Below are positions 40,331 through 51,089 of a stretch of 64,000 nt of DNA, piece by piece. Every line of letters begins with the position of its first letter. The stretch's first letter is position 1. A program made the translations under genes and the position numbers. Source of the stretch: Polyangiaceae bacterium. GTDB lineage: Bacteria; Myxococcota_A; Polyangia; Polyangiales; Polyangiaceae. Location: NCBI GenBank assembly GCA_050287085.1, contig JBNKBE010000001.1, positions 64,001-128,000 of the forward strand. The letters are read 5' to 3'. The notes beneath the pieces are model-generated. The model made no database searches, was not told the DNA's origin, and was given only the letters and a program-made list of their open reading frames with translations.

Positions 40331-41148
40331 ACCGATACTTGCACGACCAGCCCGGCAGCACCCCAGCACTAGTCCGCCGCTTCTGCGCGATTGGACTCTT
40401 CGCAGCCGCGGCTCTGCCCCAAACCAGCGCTCAAGCTGAGGGCTACGGTCCAGCGAAACCGCGTAGCGGCGCCCAACCCTCGACTCAAAGCGAAAACGCA
40501 GGCGCCGGGCTGGGGCAGGGCGCTGGGCTGGGGCAGGGCGCTGTGCCCACCCGCTCCGTCATGGTGAGCGTGGAAGAACTGGTCTCATATAACATCACAA
40601 CCAGGAAGGTAGAGCTCAAGAACGAGTTGGGCACCACCACATCCACCATCACCATCACCGACACTGGCCTATCGTTCCTGGGAGGGGGCGCCCCCACCCT
40701 AGCGCTGGACTACCTGAGCCCAGCAGGTTTCACCATTGGCGGAGCCCTCAGCTACGGCAGCGTCGAGGAGGAGGTGGAACTCAGCAGCGACAACGTAGAC
40801 ACCACCGTCTCCCAAACAGCCAACGCGCTGATGCTGCGGCCGCGGATTGGATTCATGTTCAGCAACGCCGATTGGGCATTTCACCCGCGCGTGGGCCTCG
40901 TCTACAACGCGATAGAGATCCCTGACGACTTCGCCGCAGAGGACGACGTCGAGCAGACCTTCACCGCTCTCAGCGTCGAGGCAGCCATCATCCGCTACAA
41001 TCACGACCACTCCTTTGGGGTCAGCTTGCGTCCCGCCTACTACCATGCGCTAAGCGCAGAGCGCAAAGTCGGCAGTACAACCGTACAGAAGGACGAGCCA
41101 GATCTGGGTGTCCTGGTCGTTTCACTAGGCGTACAGGCATTCTTCTAG
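40327..41148 (+). CDS. Putative outer-membrane beta-barrel protein
   Basis: Signal peptide ending AQA, alternating amphipathic strands (LRPRIGFMF, FHPRVGLVY) and C-terminal VSLGVQAFF. ATGA overlap with the upstream gene. Confidence 0.72.
   Translation: MNRYLHDQPGSTPALVRRFCAIGLFAAAALPQTSAQAEGYGPAKPRSGAQPSTQSENAGAGLGQGAGLGQGAVPTRSVMVSVEELVSYNITTRKVELKNELGTTTSTITITDTGLSFLGGGAPTLALDYLSPAGFTIGGALSYGSVEEEVELSSDNVDTTVSQTANALMLRPRIGFMFSNADWAFHPRVGLVYNAIEIPDDFAAEDDVEQTFTALSVEAAIIRYNHDHSFGVSLRPAYYHALSAERKVGSTTVQKDEPDLGVLVVSLGVQAFF
40501..40543 (+). repeat. In-frame 18-bp tandem repeat (GAGLGQ)
   Basis: ggcgc(c/t)gggctggggcag x2 plus a partial copy. Confidence 0.8.
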
Positions 41149-41489
41149 GCTCCTCAAAGAGCGACGCGAGCAGGGCAGTATTCGCTGGCCAAGGGCCGCC
41201 GCTCGCAACAGGGGCTTCATCGAGGCCGGAGCGCGGCGGCGTCGAGCTAAGATCAGCCTGCCGACGTCGCCTTTGAATCAGCCCACTTGCGCCGCCTCAT
41301 CGAAATCAGGCGGCCCGCGGACCCGACGAGAGCCAACGGAGCCGCGCGTCGCACCAAGAGGGCGACGCCCTTCGTCGTATTGCTGGCAACGCGCTTCGGA
41401 AAGCGGCGCATCGCTCCCGAGGGCGATGCGCTTCAATGCTGCCTGGTGACGATTGCGGTCCCAGTAGCTCGCTTCTTTCGAGTTGAGCG

Positions 41490-43124
41490 CTAGACGGTTG
41501 GCAATGACTTCGGACTCAACTGCGCGAAGAAGTCGTTGCCCTTGTCATCAACGACGATGAATGCCGGAAAGTCTCGCACCTCGACTTTCCAAACCGCTTC
41601 CATGCCCAACTCCGGGTACTCCAAGACCTCAACGCGCGTGATGCTCTTATCCGCGAGCCGCGCGGCGGGCCCACCGATCGAGCCGAGATAGAAGCCACCG
41701 TGCTTTCGGCACGCGTCGGTTACCTGCTGGCTTCGATTACCCTTGGCCAGCATGATCAGGCTGCCGCCCAGCTGCTGAAAGCCGTCCACGTAGGAGTCCA
41801 TGCGCCCCGCCGTGGTTGGCCCAAAGGAACCCGACGCGCGGCCTTCGGGGGTCTTGGCTGGCCCGGCGTAGTAGACAATGTGGTTCTTGATATAGTCGGG
41901 CAGTCCCTCACCCCGATCGATGCGTTCTTGCAGCTTGGCGTGAGCGATGTCCCGCGCGACAACGATCGTGCCGCTGAGCGATAGTCGCGTTCGGATCGGA
42001 TATTGAGTCAGCTCCCGGCGCAACTCAGCCATCGGACGGTTGAGATCGAGACGCACCACATCGCCGTCCAACTCCTCCGTGCTGGGATCCGGCAAATATT
42101 TCGCCGGATCGGTTTCCAATTGCTCCAGAAAGACACCCTCTTTCGTGATCTTTCCGAGGGCCTGCCGGTCTGCTGAGCAAGAAACGCCGATCCCGACTGG
42201 GCATGATGCCCCATGACGAGGCAGCCGAACAACCCGTACATCGTGGCAAAAGTACTTGCCCCCAAACTGCGCCCCGATTCCGGTATTGCGCGCCAAGTCC
42301 AGCACTTGCGCTTCCAACTCCAGGTCTCGAAACGCATGTCCTAGCTCGTTGCCTTGAGTGGGAAGGGTATCGAGGTAGCGCGCGCTCGCCAGCTTGACAG
42401 TCTTGAGATTGTACTCCGCCGAGGTGCCGCCCACTACGATGGCAAGATGGTACGGGGGGCACGCTGCCGTCCCCAGGCTTCGGATCTTAGCGTCGATGAA
42501 AGCCAATAAGCGCTTCGGATTCAGCAGCGCTTTGGTTTCTTGATACAGATAGGACTTGTTGGCGGAGCCGCCGCCCTTGGCCATGAACAGGAACTTGTAT
42601 TCCCCCCCCGGCGTTGCATAGAGCTCGATCTGCGCGGGAAGATTGGTTTTGGTGTTGCGCTCTACGTACATGGAAAGCGGCGCCAGCTGGCTATAGCGCA
42701 GGTTACGCGTCTGATAAGTGCGCCAAATGCCTCGCGATAGCGCCTCCGAATCGTCGCCGCTCGTGAAGACGCGTTGCCCCTTCTTGCCCATGACGATCGC
42801 GGTCCCTGTGTCCTGACACATCGGAAGGACGCCAGCAGCCGCGATATTGGCATTCTTGAGCAGCTCGAGAGCCACGAAACGGTCATTGGGGCTGGCCTCC
42901 GAATCTTGCAGGATGCGGCTCAACTGCGCGAGATGACCAGGTCGGAGGAAGTGCGCAATATCGCCCAAGGCCGCTTCCGCTAGGAGCGTTAGAGCCTCGC
43001 TTTCAACCTTGAGCACCTCCGCCCCCTCGAAGGTTCCCACGCTGATGAAATCGCTCGTCAGGCGTCGATAAGGAGTGCCATCCGCTCCGAGGGGGAGCAT
43101 GTCTTGGTATGCGAAGTCGTTCAT
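41490..43124 (-). CDS. fumA: Class I (Fe-S) fumarate hydratase
   Basis: [44 protein letters not shown] and GPTTAGRMD. Confidence 0.95.
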   Translation of the reverse strand: MNDFAYQDMLPLGADGTPYRRLTSDFISVGTFEGAEVLKVESEALTLLAEAALGDIAHFLRPGHLAQLSRILQDSEASPNDRFVALELLKNANIAAAGVLPMCQDTGTAIVMGKKGQRVFTSGDDSEALSRGIWRTYQTRNLRYSQLAPLSMYVERNTKTNLPAQIELYATPGGEYKFLFMAKGGGSANKSYLYQETKALLNPKRLLAFIDAKIRSLGTAACPPYHLAIVVGGTSAEYNLKTVKLASARYLDTLPTQGNELGHAFRDLELEAQVLDLARNTGIGAQFGGKYFCHDVRVVRLPRHGASCPVGIGVSCSADRQALGKITKEGVFLEQLETDPAKYLPDPSTEELDGDVVRLDLNRPMAELRRELTQYPIRTRLSLSGTIVVARDIAHAKLQERIDRGEGLPDYIKNHIVYYAGPAKTPEGRASGSFGPTTAGRMDSYVDGFQQLGGSLIMLAKGNRSQQVTDACRKHGGFYLGSIGGPAARLADKSITRVEVLEYPELGMEAVWKVEVRDFPAFIVVDDKGNDFFAQLSPKSLPTV

Positions 43125-43754
43125 ATTTTCCCTGTTTCCCGCGGGGTCGAAGCGCCGTCATGACTCCCGCGTCTGGAGCGGTGGCACTGTCGCCGGCGAC
43201 CTGGGCTGGGTCAAGGGCAGAGTCGATGCACCCGAGACGTCTCCCGCCGCAGCCGGCAAGTTCTGCTTGACGGTGAAGCAGTTGCAGAGTTGCGCCTGCG
43301 CCGCATCGCGGCAGCAAACGCCCGTTCGCGAACGCGCTGCGCCAGGCCCCGCTGCGGTCCGGGGCCTCGTGGGCGAAGCGCGACCTGATCCAGATCAATG
43401 CGCTTACCCGCTTGCCTTGGGAGTGAAACACGAGAGACACAATCAGCTTGCCTGCGGCGCATGTTCACTATCCGCTGATGGTGGAGTGCCAACAGATTCA
43501 GAAATTAGCAGTTGCCTTGCGACTGCGACAGCCGCCAGAGTTGGACCGCTGACCTGAGCTGTATCACGCTCATCCAGCAAGTCGTGCGCGTTAGCCCCCA
43601 GCCGCTTAGGTTGTGGAGCTGCCGAGCCGTAGCGCCTCAAGCCCGAAATCAACCGGCGCGCCATCGCGCCTTTCGTAGGCACCTCCCAACGCCTCTTCGG
43701 CGCATCGAGTCTGCCACAAACTCAACCAGCTCCACGACGCTCAACCGACGAACG

Positions 43755-45089
43755 ATGATCCAATTTCACATCTTGTCCTTCGAGGGCCCCGACCAATACG
43801 CACGCGCAGGAGGCATCGCGAGCCGGATCTGCGGACTGGCGCAGTCGCTCAGTGAAAACTTCGAAACCCACTTGTGGTTTGTCGGCGATCCCGATCTCCC
43901 CGGCCACGAGGTGCACGGCAAGCTTCACCTGCATCGTTGGTGCCAATGGATCAGCGAGCATCATCGCGGCGGCGTATACGACGGAGAGGAGCAGAAGGCG
44001 GCCGACTACGCCAAGTCTCTCCCTCCGTACCTGGTCGAACACCACCTACTGCCCCATTGCCAAGCGGGAGGTCGCGTCGCCGTCCTGGCAGAGGAGTGGC
44101 ACACCGCCCACGCTGTGCTACACCTCGACTGGCTGGCAAAGCGCGCAGGGATCCGCAACAAGGTCAGCATGCTGTGGAATGCCAACAACACCTTCGGCTT
44201 CCATGCCATCGATTGGCCGAGCCTTGCCGGCGCCTCCACCATCACGACCGTATCGCGCTACATGAAGTATCGCATGCATCCCCTCGGGGTCGATCCGCTG
44301 GTCATCCCCAACGGCATAGAGGAGGACGCATTTCTCACCCCTGAGCGTGAGGCGCTCACGGAAATGTATGCACGTTTCGCAGATCGCCCCGTGCTTGCCA
44401 AGATGGCGCGTTTCGATCCGGACAAGCGCTGGACCCTCGCGATCGACACCATCGCCGAGTTGAAGCGCCGCGGTCGCAACCCCCTGCTCATCGCCCGTGG
44501 CGGGATGGAAGCCCATGGCCACGAAGTGCTCTCGCGCGCAATGCAGCGAGGACTACGCATTTCAGAGCGACGTTTTGATCAAGCCGGCCCCCGCGGACTG
44601 CTTTCGGCTCTCACCAACGTCGATCAAACAGACATCGTCTTGCTCGGTTCCCACGTTGACCCTGACGCTCGTCGCGTGCTGTTCCGGAGCGCGAACGCCG
44701 TTCTCGCCAACAGTGGTCACGAACCGTTCGGTCTGGTGGGGCTAGAGGTGATGGCTGCGGCCGGAATCGCCTGCACCGGATGCTCCGGCGAGGACTATGC
44801 AGTTCCAGGCCAGAACGCGCTCGTCCTGGAAACGGACAACCCTCTGGAGTTCGTGCAACTATTCGAACGCCTCGAACCGGACGACGAGGAGGAACTCCGC
44901 CGTTCCGGGCGGGAGACAGCCCGCCAATACGCGTGGTCGCGAGTGGTGGACAGAGCATTGCTCCCTCGCGTCGACAGTCGTTTGCGCACCATCAAGCCCC
45001 TCGCAGAGCGACCTCTTGCCCAACTGCTGCGGCTAGATGAGGATGCCCCCCACAGCAAGCGCAGAGCTCGTTCTCAGGTCGCCTGCTAG
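43755..45089 (+). CDS. GT4-family glycosyltransferase
   Basis: AGGIASR N-terminal loop, TVSRYMK, VIPNGI, ARFDPDKR and EPFGLVGLEVMAAAG (E-x7-E). Confidence 0.87.
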   Translation: MIQFHILSFEGPDQYARAGGIASRICGLAQSLSENFETHLWFVGDPDLPGHEVHGKLHLHRWCQWISEHHRGGVYDGEEQKAADYAKSLPPYLVEHHLLPHCQAGGRVAVLAEEWHTAHAVLHLDWLAKRAGIRNKVSMLWNANNTFGFHAIDWPSLAGASTITTVSRYMKYRMHPLGVDPLVIPNGIEEDAFLTPEREALTEMYARFADRPVLAKMARFDPDKRWTLAIDTIAELKRRGRNPLLIARGGMEAHGHEVLSRAMQRGLRISERRFDQAGPRGLLSALTNVDQTDIVLLGSHVDPDARRVLFRSANAVLANSGHEPFGLVGLEVMAAAGIACTGCSGEDYAVPGQNALVLETDNPLEFVQLFERLEPDDEEELRRSGRETARQYAWSRVVDRALLPRVDSRLRTIKPLAERPLAQLLRLDEDAPHSKRRARSQVAC

Positions 45090-45123
45090 CCAAAGGGCTC
45101 GCGAGTGAAGGCAGACCTGGGCT

Positions 45124-45153
45124 GGTCCCAACGCCGCGGGTCCCAACGCCGCG
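45124..45153. repeat. 15-bp intergenic tandem duplication
   Basis: ggtcccaacgccgcg x2 between convergent genes. Confidence 0.8.
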
Positions 45154-45226
45154 GGTTGCTCTCGGCTCGCCGCGCGTGGGCGTGCGTCTGGAGCGTTCAG
45201 CGGACGCGCTCTGAGCTAGAGAGCTC

Positions 45227-46147
45227 CTAACGGTTCAGGGCGATATCCAGAAGCTCAGCAACGCTCGTTTCAGCGACGCATTGGTAGCGATCCGACGCCC
45301 CGTAGTAGAGCTTCATACTGCCGTCGTCTTCCACGACGTGCGAGGACGCGAATACGCAATTGGGCGTGTGTCCCGCGTTCTCATAGGGCATCTCGGGCGT
45401 CAAGATGCACTCGTCGCCAACCCGCAAGAGCTCCCACGGGCGCTCGAGATTCACCAACGCAACCCCCGTGTTGTAGACGTATTCGTAGTCGCAAACGACC
45501 GATACGGCATGAAACACGATAAGCCAGCCGTGCTCGGTACGGATGGGCGTGCCACAAGGACCAATCTTGCCCCATCCGAAGCTACAGTCCTCCTTGGACA
45601 TGAGTCGCCGCTGATCCCCCCAGTAGCGCAGGTCTGGACTGTGTGTGACCCATATTTCGCCCACCGCGTTGGGGCGCTCGAGTGCGGTAAACAAGCCCCC
45701 TACCTTCTCAGGGAACAAGACCGTATTGCGAAAGCCGGTACCCGAAATGAAGTGCTCGAATTGAAACGAGCGCATGTCCATCGACGTCATCAATGCCATG
45801 CGTGCCTCCGTGCCGTGGGCGCAATACGTCAGATAGTACGTATCCCCGATTCGCGTTAGGCGCGGATCATACTGCACGCGAGCATATCGCTTGTATTCGT
45901 CATCCTCTGGCACTGGGATAACGTCGCCAATGGTCCAGCTATCGATGCCGTTCGGACTCTCTGCAAGCGCGAAGAAATTGTAGAAGTTATACCCTTCGCA
46001 GCGCAACACCATCACATAGCGCCCGTCACACTTCACGACGGAACTATTGAATACACCGCGACAGTTGAACGGCAACATGTCGGCTGTAATGATGGGATTC
46101 TGCGTGCTGCGACGCACAACGCGTCGCTTCGAATAGACCCGATCCAT
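45227..46147 (-). CDS. GH130 glycoside phosphorylase (beta-mannooligosaccharide phosphorylase-like)
   Basis: NPIIT, VFNSSVV, YDPRL, RNTVLFPEK, ERP, SPDLRYWG, KIGPCGTPIRTEHGWL and YYGASD. Confidence 0.88.
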   Translation of the reverse strand: MDRVYSKRRVVRRSTQNPIITADMLPFNCRGVFNSSVVKCDGRYVMVLRCEGYNFYNFFALAESPNGIDSWTIGDVIPVPEDDEYKRYARVQYDPRLTRIGDTYYLTYCAHGTEARMALMTSMDMRSFQFEHFISGTGFRNTVLFPEKVGGLFTALERPNAVGEIWVTHSPDLRYWGDQRRLMSKEDCSFGWGKIGPCGTPIRTEHGWLIVFHAVSVVCDYEYVYNTGVALVNLERPWELLRVGDECILTPEMPYENAGHTPNCVFASSHVVEDDGSMKLYYGASDRYQCVAETSVAELLDIALNR

Positions 46148-46219
46148 ACCAGGCTCCTAGTACAGGCCCGCGCCCGTAGACCGCACTGAGTCCCCGCGGC
46201 GCATGCACACTGAGTTCGC

Positions 46220-48112
46220 TCAAGCAGGACTGTCGGACTCTGTCACGAGAAAGAGCGCCGCCAATGGGGGCAGGGTCAACTTCAGGGAATAGGGCTGCCC
46301 TTCGAAGTGACCCAACTGTGCCACGACCCCTCCCTCATTGCCGACGCCACTTCCGCCATACTCCAAAGCGTCGCTATTGAGCACCTCCCGATAGAAACCT
46401 GGAGCAGGTACACCCACCTGGTAGTTCTCCCGGACCGTATCCGTGAAGTTGCAGACAACCAGCACGCGGGGTGCGGCCGCTTCCGCAGATCGTAGGTAGG
46501 CTACAACGCTGCTCGCCGCGTCGTGCAGCTTCACCCAGCCAAAACCCCGAGCGTCGAAGTCCCAAGCATGCAGCGCTGGGACAGAACGATACAGTTCGTT
46601 CAGCCGTGCCAGCAGCGCCATGATCTGCTTGTGGCGATCGTACTCTGCGAGGTGCCAGTCCAAACTGTGGTCATGGCGCCACTCGCCCCACTGTCCGAAC
46701 TCTCCACCCATGAACAATAGCTTCTTCCCCGGAGTGCTCCACATGTAGCAGTAGAGCAAACGCAGATTCGCAAACTTCTGCCAGTCGTCGCCCGGCATCT
46801 TGTCCAGGAGGGACCCCTTGCCGTGCACCACCTCGTCATGGGACAACGGAAGCATGAAGTTCTCGTTGAGGGCGTAAACGGCGCGAAACGTCAGCTCATT
46901 GTGATGATAGCTGCGATGCACTGGTGAACGGGCGAGATACTGCAGCGTGTCATGCATCCACCCCATATCCCATTTGAAGCCGAACCCGAGACCGCCAGTC
47001 TCGACCGGATGACTGACGCCCCCCCAAGCCGTTGACTCCTCCGCGCACATCTGGATGTCCGGGGCCTCTGCGTATGCGGCGGTGTTAATCTCTCGCAGCA
47101 AACTAATAGCCTCGATGTTCTCACGCCCCCCGTACTCATTGGGAATCCATTCTCCCTCTTCGCGCGAGTAGTCCAGATACAACATGGATGCGACGCCATC
47201 CACACGCAACCCATCGGCGTGGTAGACCTTCAGCCAAAACAACGCGCTCGCCAGCAAGAAGCCTCGAACTTCATCCCGACCATAGTTGAAGATCGAGCTC
47301 TTCCAATCGGGATGGAAGCCCTGTCGCGGATCCGCGTGCTCGTACAGATGGGTTCCGTCGAAGTACCCCAGGCCATGCTCATCCGTCGGAAAGTGTGAGG
47401 GTACCCAGTCCAAGATGACACCGATGTTTCGCTGATGAAGCATATCGATCAGCGCCATGAATTCTTGTGGTGTTCCGTAGCGACTGGTCGGCGCAAAGTA
47501 CCCCGTCACCTGGTAGCCCCACGAGCCATAGAACGGATGCTCCATGACCGGCATGAACTCGACGTGAGTGAACCCCAGGCGCTCGACATGTTCTACCAAG
47601 CGGGGGGCAAGCTCCGCGTAACTCAGGACTCGATCTCCTTCGCCCCGCATCCAAGAGCCCAGATGCACTTCATAGATGGACATCGGCGCATCGTGACGAT
47701 TGCGTATGTGCCGGCTTGCCATCCAGGCGTCGTCCTGCCACGCGTAGTCCAAAGTCCAGACGCGCGATGCGGTACGCGGCGGCACCTCATGGGCCAAGCC
47801 GAAAGGGTCTGCTTTGTCGACGCAATATCCCTGGTGCCGAGACTGAATGCGATACTTATATAGTTCGCCCCGCGTCACGCCCGGGACGAACTGCGCCCAA
47901 ATCCCAGAACTGCCCACGGGAAAAAGTGGCGTGTCGGTGGCTCCCCACCCGTTGAACTCACCGACCACACTGACGCGTTCGGCGTTGGGAGCCCAGACGG
48001 CGAAGTGAGTACCCTCTTTTCCGTCTCGGACCATAGGGTGTGCCCCCAGATGCTCCCAAAGTCGTCGGTGCTTGCCTTCATTGAAGAGGTGGAGGTCCTG
48101 GGGTTCCAACAT
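46220..48112 (-). CDS. glgB: 1,4-alpha-glucan branching enzyme
   Basis: FAVWAPNA, IYEVHLGSW, SWGYQVTGY, DWVPSHF, GLRVDGVASM, AEESTAW and LPLSHDEVVHGK. Confidence 0.97.
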   Translation of the reverse strand: MLEPQDLHLFNEGKHRRLWEHLGAHPMVRDGKEGTHFAVWAPNAERVSVVGEFNGWGATDTPLFPVGSSGIWAQFVPGVTRGELYKYRIQSRHQGYCVDKADPFGLAHEVPPRTASRVWTLDYAWQDDAWMASRHIRNRHDAPMSIYEVHLGSWMRGEGDRVLSYAELAPRLVEHVERLGFTHVEFMPVMEHPFYGSWGYQVTGYFAPTSRYGTPQEFMALIDMLHQRNIGVILDWVPSHFPTDEHGLGYFDGTHLYEHADPRQGFHPDWKSSIFNYGRDEVRGFLLASALFWLKVYHADGLRVDGVASMLYLDYSREEGEWIPNEYGGRENIEAISLLREINTAAYAEAPDIQMCAEESTAWGGVSHPVETGGLGFGFKWDMGWMHDTLQYLARSPVHRSYHHNELTFRAVYALNENFMLPLSHDEVVHGKGSLLDKMPGDDWQKFANLRLLYCYMWSTPGKKLLFMGGEFGQWGEWRHDHSLDWHLAEYDRHKQIMALLARLNELYRSVPALHAWDFDARGFGWVKLHDAASSVVAYLRSAEAAAPRVLVVCNFTDTVRENYQVGVPAPGFYREVLNSDALEYGGSGVGNEGGVVAQLGHFEGQPYSLKLTLPPLAALFLVTESDSPA

Positions 48113-48207
48113 GGTCGGTATCTAAGCTCCTAGCTTTTGCCGGCACAAGCAAGATGTGCTCCCTCGTATGGAAGACGCAAAAAGACCTGTGCCGGTCGGG
48201 ACTGAGA

Positions 48208-48237
48208 TTGCCAGTGCCGACCCCAGGAGCGTACAGT
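48208..48237 (+). promoter_or_regulatory. Putative sigma70 promoter giving a leaderless glgX transcript
   Basis: TTGCCA-N18-TACAGT, then 6 nt to the ATG at 48244; no SD in between. Confidence 0.45.
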
Positions 48238-48243
48238 CCACCC

Positions 48244-50412
48244 ATGCAAGCCTGGCCCGGAGATCCGTACCCCCTAGGTGCTCACTACGACGGCTACGGC
48301 ACCAACTTCGCAGTGCATTCGCAAATCGCTACGAAGGTGGAGCTGTGTCTGTTTGACCCGAGTGGACACGAAGTGCGCACCCCGCTCGCCGATACCACAG
48401 CGAACATCTGGCACGGCTACTTTCCCGACGTCGGACCAGGTCGACGCTACGGCTTTCGAGTGCACGGTCCCTTCGAGCCAAGAAACGGTCACCTGTGCAA
48501 CCCACATAAGCTGTTGCTCGATCCGTATGCAAGAGCGATCGACGGCCAAGTACAGTGGCATCGCTCGGTGTTTGACTTCGACGAAGACATCGGCGAAGAG
48601 CGCATGAACGAGGAAGATAGTTCACCGCACGTGCCGCGCAGCGTCGTCACTGATCCGTACTTCGACTGGAGCAATGAAGTACGACCCAAGATACCGTGGC
48701 ATTCCACCGTCATCTACGAACTGCACGTCAAAGGTTTTAGCCAGCTTAACACGCTACTACCCCCAGACCTTCGTGGCACCTATGCGGGCCTCGCGCACCC
48801 TGCCTCGCTCGAGTACTTGACCAATCTCGGCGTCACCGCAGTAGAGTTGATGCCCGTCCACCAGTTCGTATCGGAACCCTTCATCACCCGGCGGGGGCTC
48901 ACCAACTACTGGGGCTACAATACGCTCGGGTACTTCGCTCCTCATGCCGCATATTGCAGCCGCGGCGGTGGAGGAGCGCAGATGCGCGAGTTCAAGCACA
49001 TGGTGCGCCAACTCCACGCCGCTGGCCTGGAGGTCATCCTGGACGTCGTCTACAACCACACCGCCGAAGGCGGAAGGGGTGGCCCGACGCTCTCACTCCG
49101 CGGACTTGACAACGCAGCTTACTATCGGCTGTCGCCGGAGGATAGGCGCCACTACGTCGACTACACCGGCTGCGGCAATACGATGAACATGCGCGATCCC
49201 CACGTCCTGCAGTTGTTGATGGACTCGCTGCGCTATTGGGTGACGGAAATGCACGTCGACGGCTTCAGATTTGACCTCGCTTCCGCGTTAGCGCGCGAGC
49301 TGCATGCCGTCGACCGCCTGAGTGCTTTCTTCGATCTGATCCAACAAGACCCGATACTGCAGGGCATCAAGCTCATCGCCGAGCCGTGGGACCTCGGGGA
49401 AGGCGGCTATCAGGTAGGCAACTTCCCCCCCAAGTGGTCGGAATGGAATGCCAAGTACAGGGATTGCACTCGCGACTTCTGGCGCGGACAAGAGGAGACA
49501 CTCAGCGAGTTTGCGTTCCGGTTCACGGGCAGCTCCGATCTCTATGAGTCTAGCGGACGGCGCCCCCACGCCAGCATCAACTTCGTTACCGCACACGACG
49601 GCTTCACCCTGCGTGATCTGGTTTCCTACAACGACAAGCACAACTACCAAAACGGTGAGAACAATCGCGATGGTGAGTCGCACAACCGCTCTTGGAACTG
49701 CGGCGCGGAGGGTGAAACCCTCGACCCCAAGGTCGAGCAACTAAGAGGTAAACAGCAGAGAAACTTCCTGCTGACGCTGCTACTTTCGCAGGGAGTACCC
49801 ATGTTGACGGCCGGGGACGAATGCGGCAGGACCCAGGGAGGCAACAACAACGCATACTGCCAAGACAACCGCATTTCCTGGCTCGATTGGGACGCTCTGG
49901 ACTACGACTTGCTGCAGTTCACCCGCTCGGCTTTGAAGATCCGCAGCGAGCATCCGATCTTTCGTCGAGCCCGCTTCTTTCAGGGTACGTCCGTCCGCGG
50001 CTCGAACCTCACAGACATCGGATGGTTTCGTCCGGACGGTCAAGAAATGACAGAAGGGGATTGGCGCGCCCACTTTGCCAAGGCGATCGCGGTCTTTCTC
50101 AACGGATATGGCCTACGCTCTCGCGGCGAACGTGGGGAAACGCTGCGCGATGACAGCTTCATCGTGCTCTTCAATGCACACTTCGAATCCGTATCCTTTG
50201 TTCTGCCCAAGAAGCTGCCCGAAGCGACGTGGACGGAGGAGCTCAATACGGCAACATCGCTCGATCCCGCGGCACGTGAGGTGTTCTACACCGGCGCTAC
50301 CGTACACGTTCCGGCTCATAGCGTGCGATTGCTCCGCCACCGCCTCAGGGGCCCGGAGCGGCGACTCGGCACGAACCTAGACCGGGTCTCGCGCTCTGAG
50401 CGATGGCGCTAG
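48244..50412 (+). CDS. glgX: Glycogen debranching enzyme (isoamylase-type)
   Basis: PYPLGA, KLLLDPYA, NYWGYNT, DVVYNHTAEG, DGFRFDLAS, IAEPWD, INFVTAHDGFTL and TQGGNNNAYCQDN. Confidence 0.97.
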   Translation: MQAWPGDPYPLGAHYDGYGTNFAVHSQIATKVELCLFDPSGHEVRTPLADTTANIWHGYFPDVGPGRRYGFRVHGPFEPRNGHLCNPHKLLLDPYARAIDGQVQWHRSVFDFDEDIGEERMNEEDSSPHVPRSVVTDPYFDWSNEVRPKIPWHSTVIYELHVKGFSQLNTLLPPDLRGTYAGLAHPASLEYLTNLGVTAVELMPVHQFVSEPFITRRGLTNYWGYNTLGYFAPHAAYCSRGGGGAQMREFKHMVRQLHAAGLEVILDVVYNHTAEGGRGGPTLSLRGLDNAAYYRLSPEDRRHYVDYTGCGNTMNMRDPHVLQLLMDSLRYWVTEMHVDGFRFDLASALARELHAVDRLSAFFDLIQQDPILQGIKLIAEPWDLGEGGYQVGNFPPKWSEWNAKYRDCTRDFWRGQEETLSEFAFRFTGSSDLYESSGRRPHASINFVTAHDGFTLRDLVSYNDKHNYQNGENNRDGESHNRSWNCGAEGETLDPKVEQLRGKQQRNFLLTLLLSQGVPMLTAGDECGRTQGGNNNAYCQDNRISWLDWDALDYDLLQFTRSALKIRSEHPIFRRARFFQGTSVRGSNLTDIGWFRPDGQEMTEGDWRAHFAKAIAVFLNGYGLRSRGERGETLRDDSFIVLFNAHFESVSFVLPKKLPEATWTEELNTATSLDPAAREVFYTGATVHVPAHSVRLLRHRLRGPERRLGTNLDRVSRSERWR

Positions 50413-50503
50413 CGTGCGCCGCTGCCGCACACGCCCCGGGGCGCCGCCGGCCCACCGGGTGGGGCGAGTATGACACGCTGTGCTGCAACTGGTAGGCTGA
50501 CCC

Positions 50504-51010
50504 ATGTTCTTTCGCCGCAAGCCATCGCAGCCGGAAGCGCCCTCGGACCTTCCTGGACTCATCACCGCAGCCCTTCCCGACGCAGACGAGGAAACGCGAA
50601 GCATCGTTCATGCCGTCGCTGGCCTGCTCGGTTGCGTCGCCTACGCGGATCGCGATTTCTCAGCCCACGAGGAAATGGTAGCCGAGAACATCCTGTCACG
50701 GATCGACGGCATGACCCCGTCGCGAGCCAAGGACATCGTAGCTCGGCTACGACTGCAGATCGTGAACGTTTCCACGATTGAATGCCCCCGCTACTGCAGA
50801 ACGCTCGTGCAATTGTGCACGCGCGAGCTGCGGGTTGAGGTTCTCGATGCGCTGCTCGAGATTGCGGCCGCTGACGGTCAGATCGGCAACGATGAAGTTG
50901 TCGTATTGCGTACCCTCACGCGGGCCCTCGGACTGGACCAAACGGATTACAATCGCCTACAGGCCCCGCATCGCGACCTGCTCGTCAGCTTGCAGCAGGA
51001 CCCTGCCTGA
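50504..51010 (+). CDS. TerB-family (tellurite resistance/DjlA N-terminal-like) protein
   Basis: VAYADRDFSAHE and IAAADGQIGNDE, the paired AD(G)-x4-E motifs of TerB. Confidence 0.85.
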   Translation: MFFRRKPSQPEAPSDLPGLITAALPDADEETRSIVHAVAGLLGCVAYADRDFSAHEEMVAENILSRIDGMTPSRAKDIVARLRLQIVNVSTIECPRYCRTLVQLCTRELRVEVLDALLEIAAADGQIGNDEVVVLRTLTRALGLDQTDYNRLQAPHRDLLVSLQQDPA

Positions 51011-51089
51011 CCAACCCCGGCGGCATGTAGCGCAGGCCCAACGTCGCTCCAGTCGACACGTCCATCGCGGCACGCTATGAAGGCGACCG

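Noticed and set aside
43484..43530. CIRCE-like half sites (GAGTGCCAA ... TTAGCAGTT)
   Set aside because: The half sites face outward and lack partners at N9 spacing, and the flanking genes are not chaperones.
43125..43754. ncRNA or small CDS in the 630-bp gap between fumA and the GT4 gene
   Set aside because: The short ORFs show no recognisable motifs and no convincing RNA structure was seen. A divergent promoter region is sufficient explanation.
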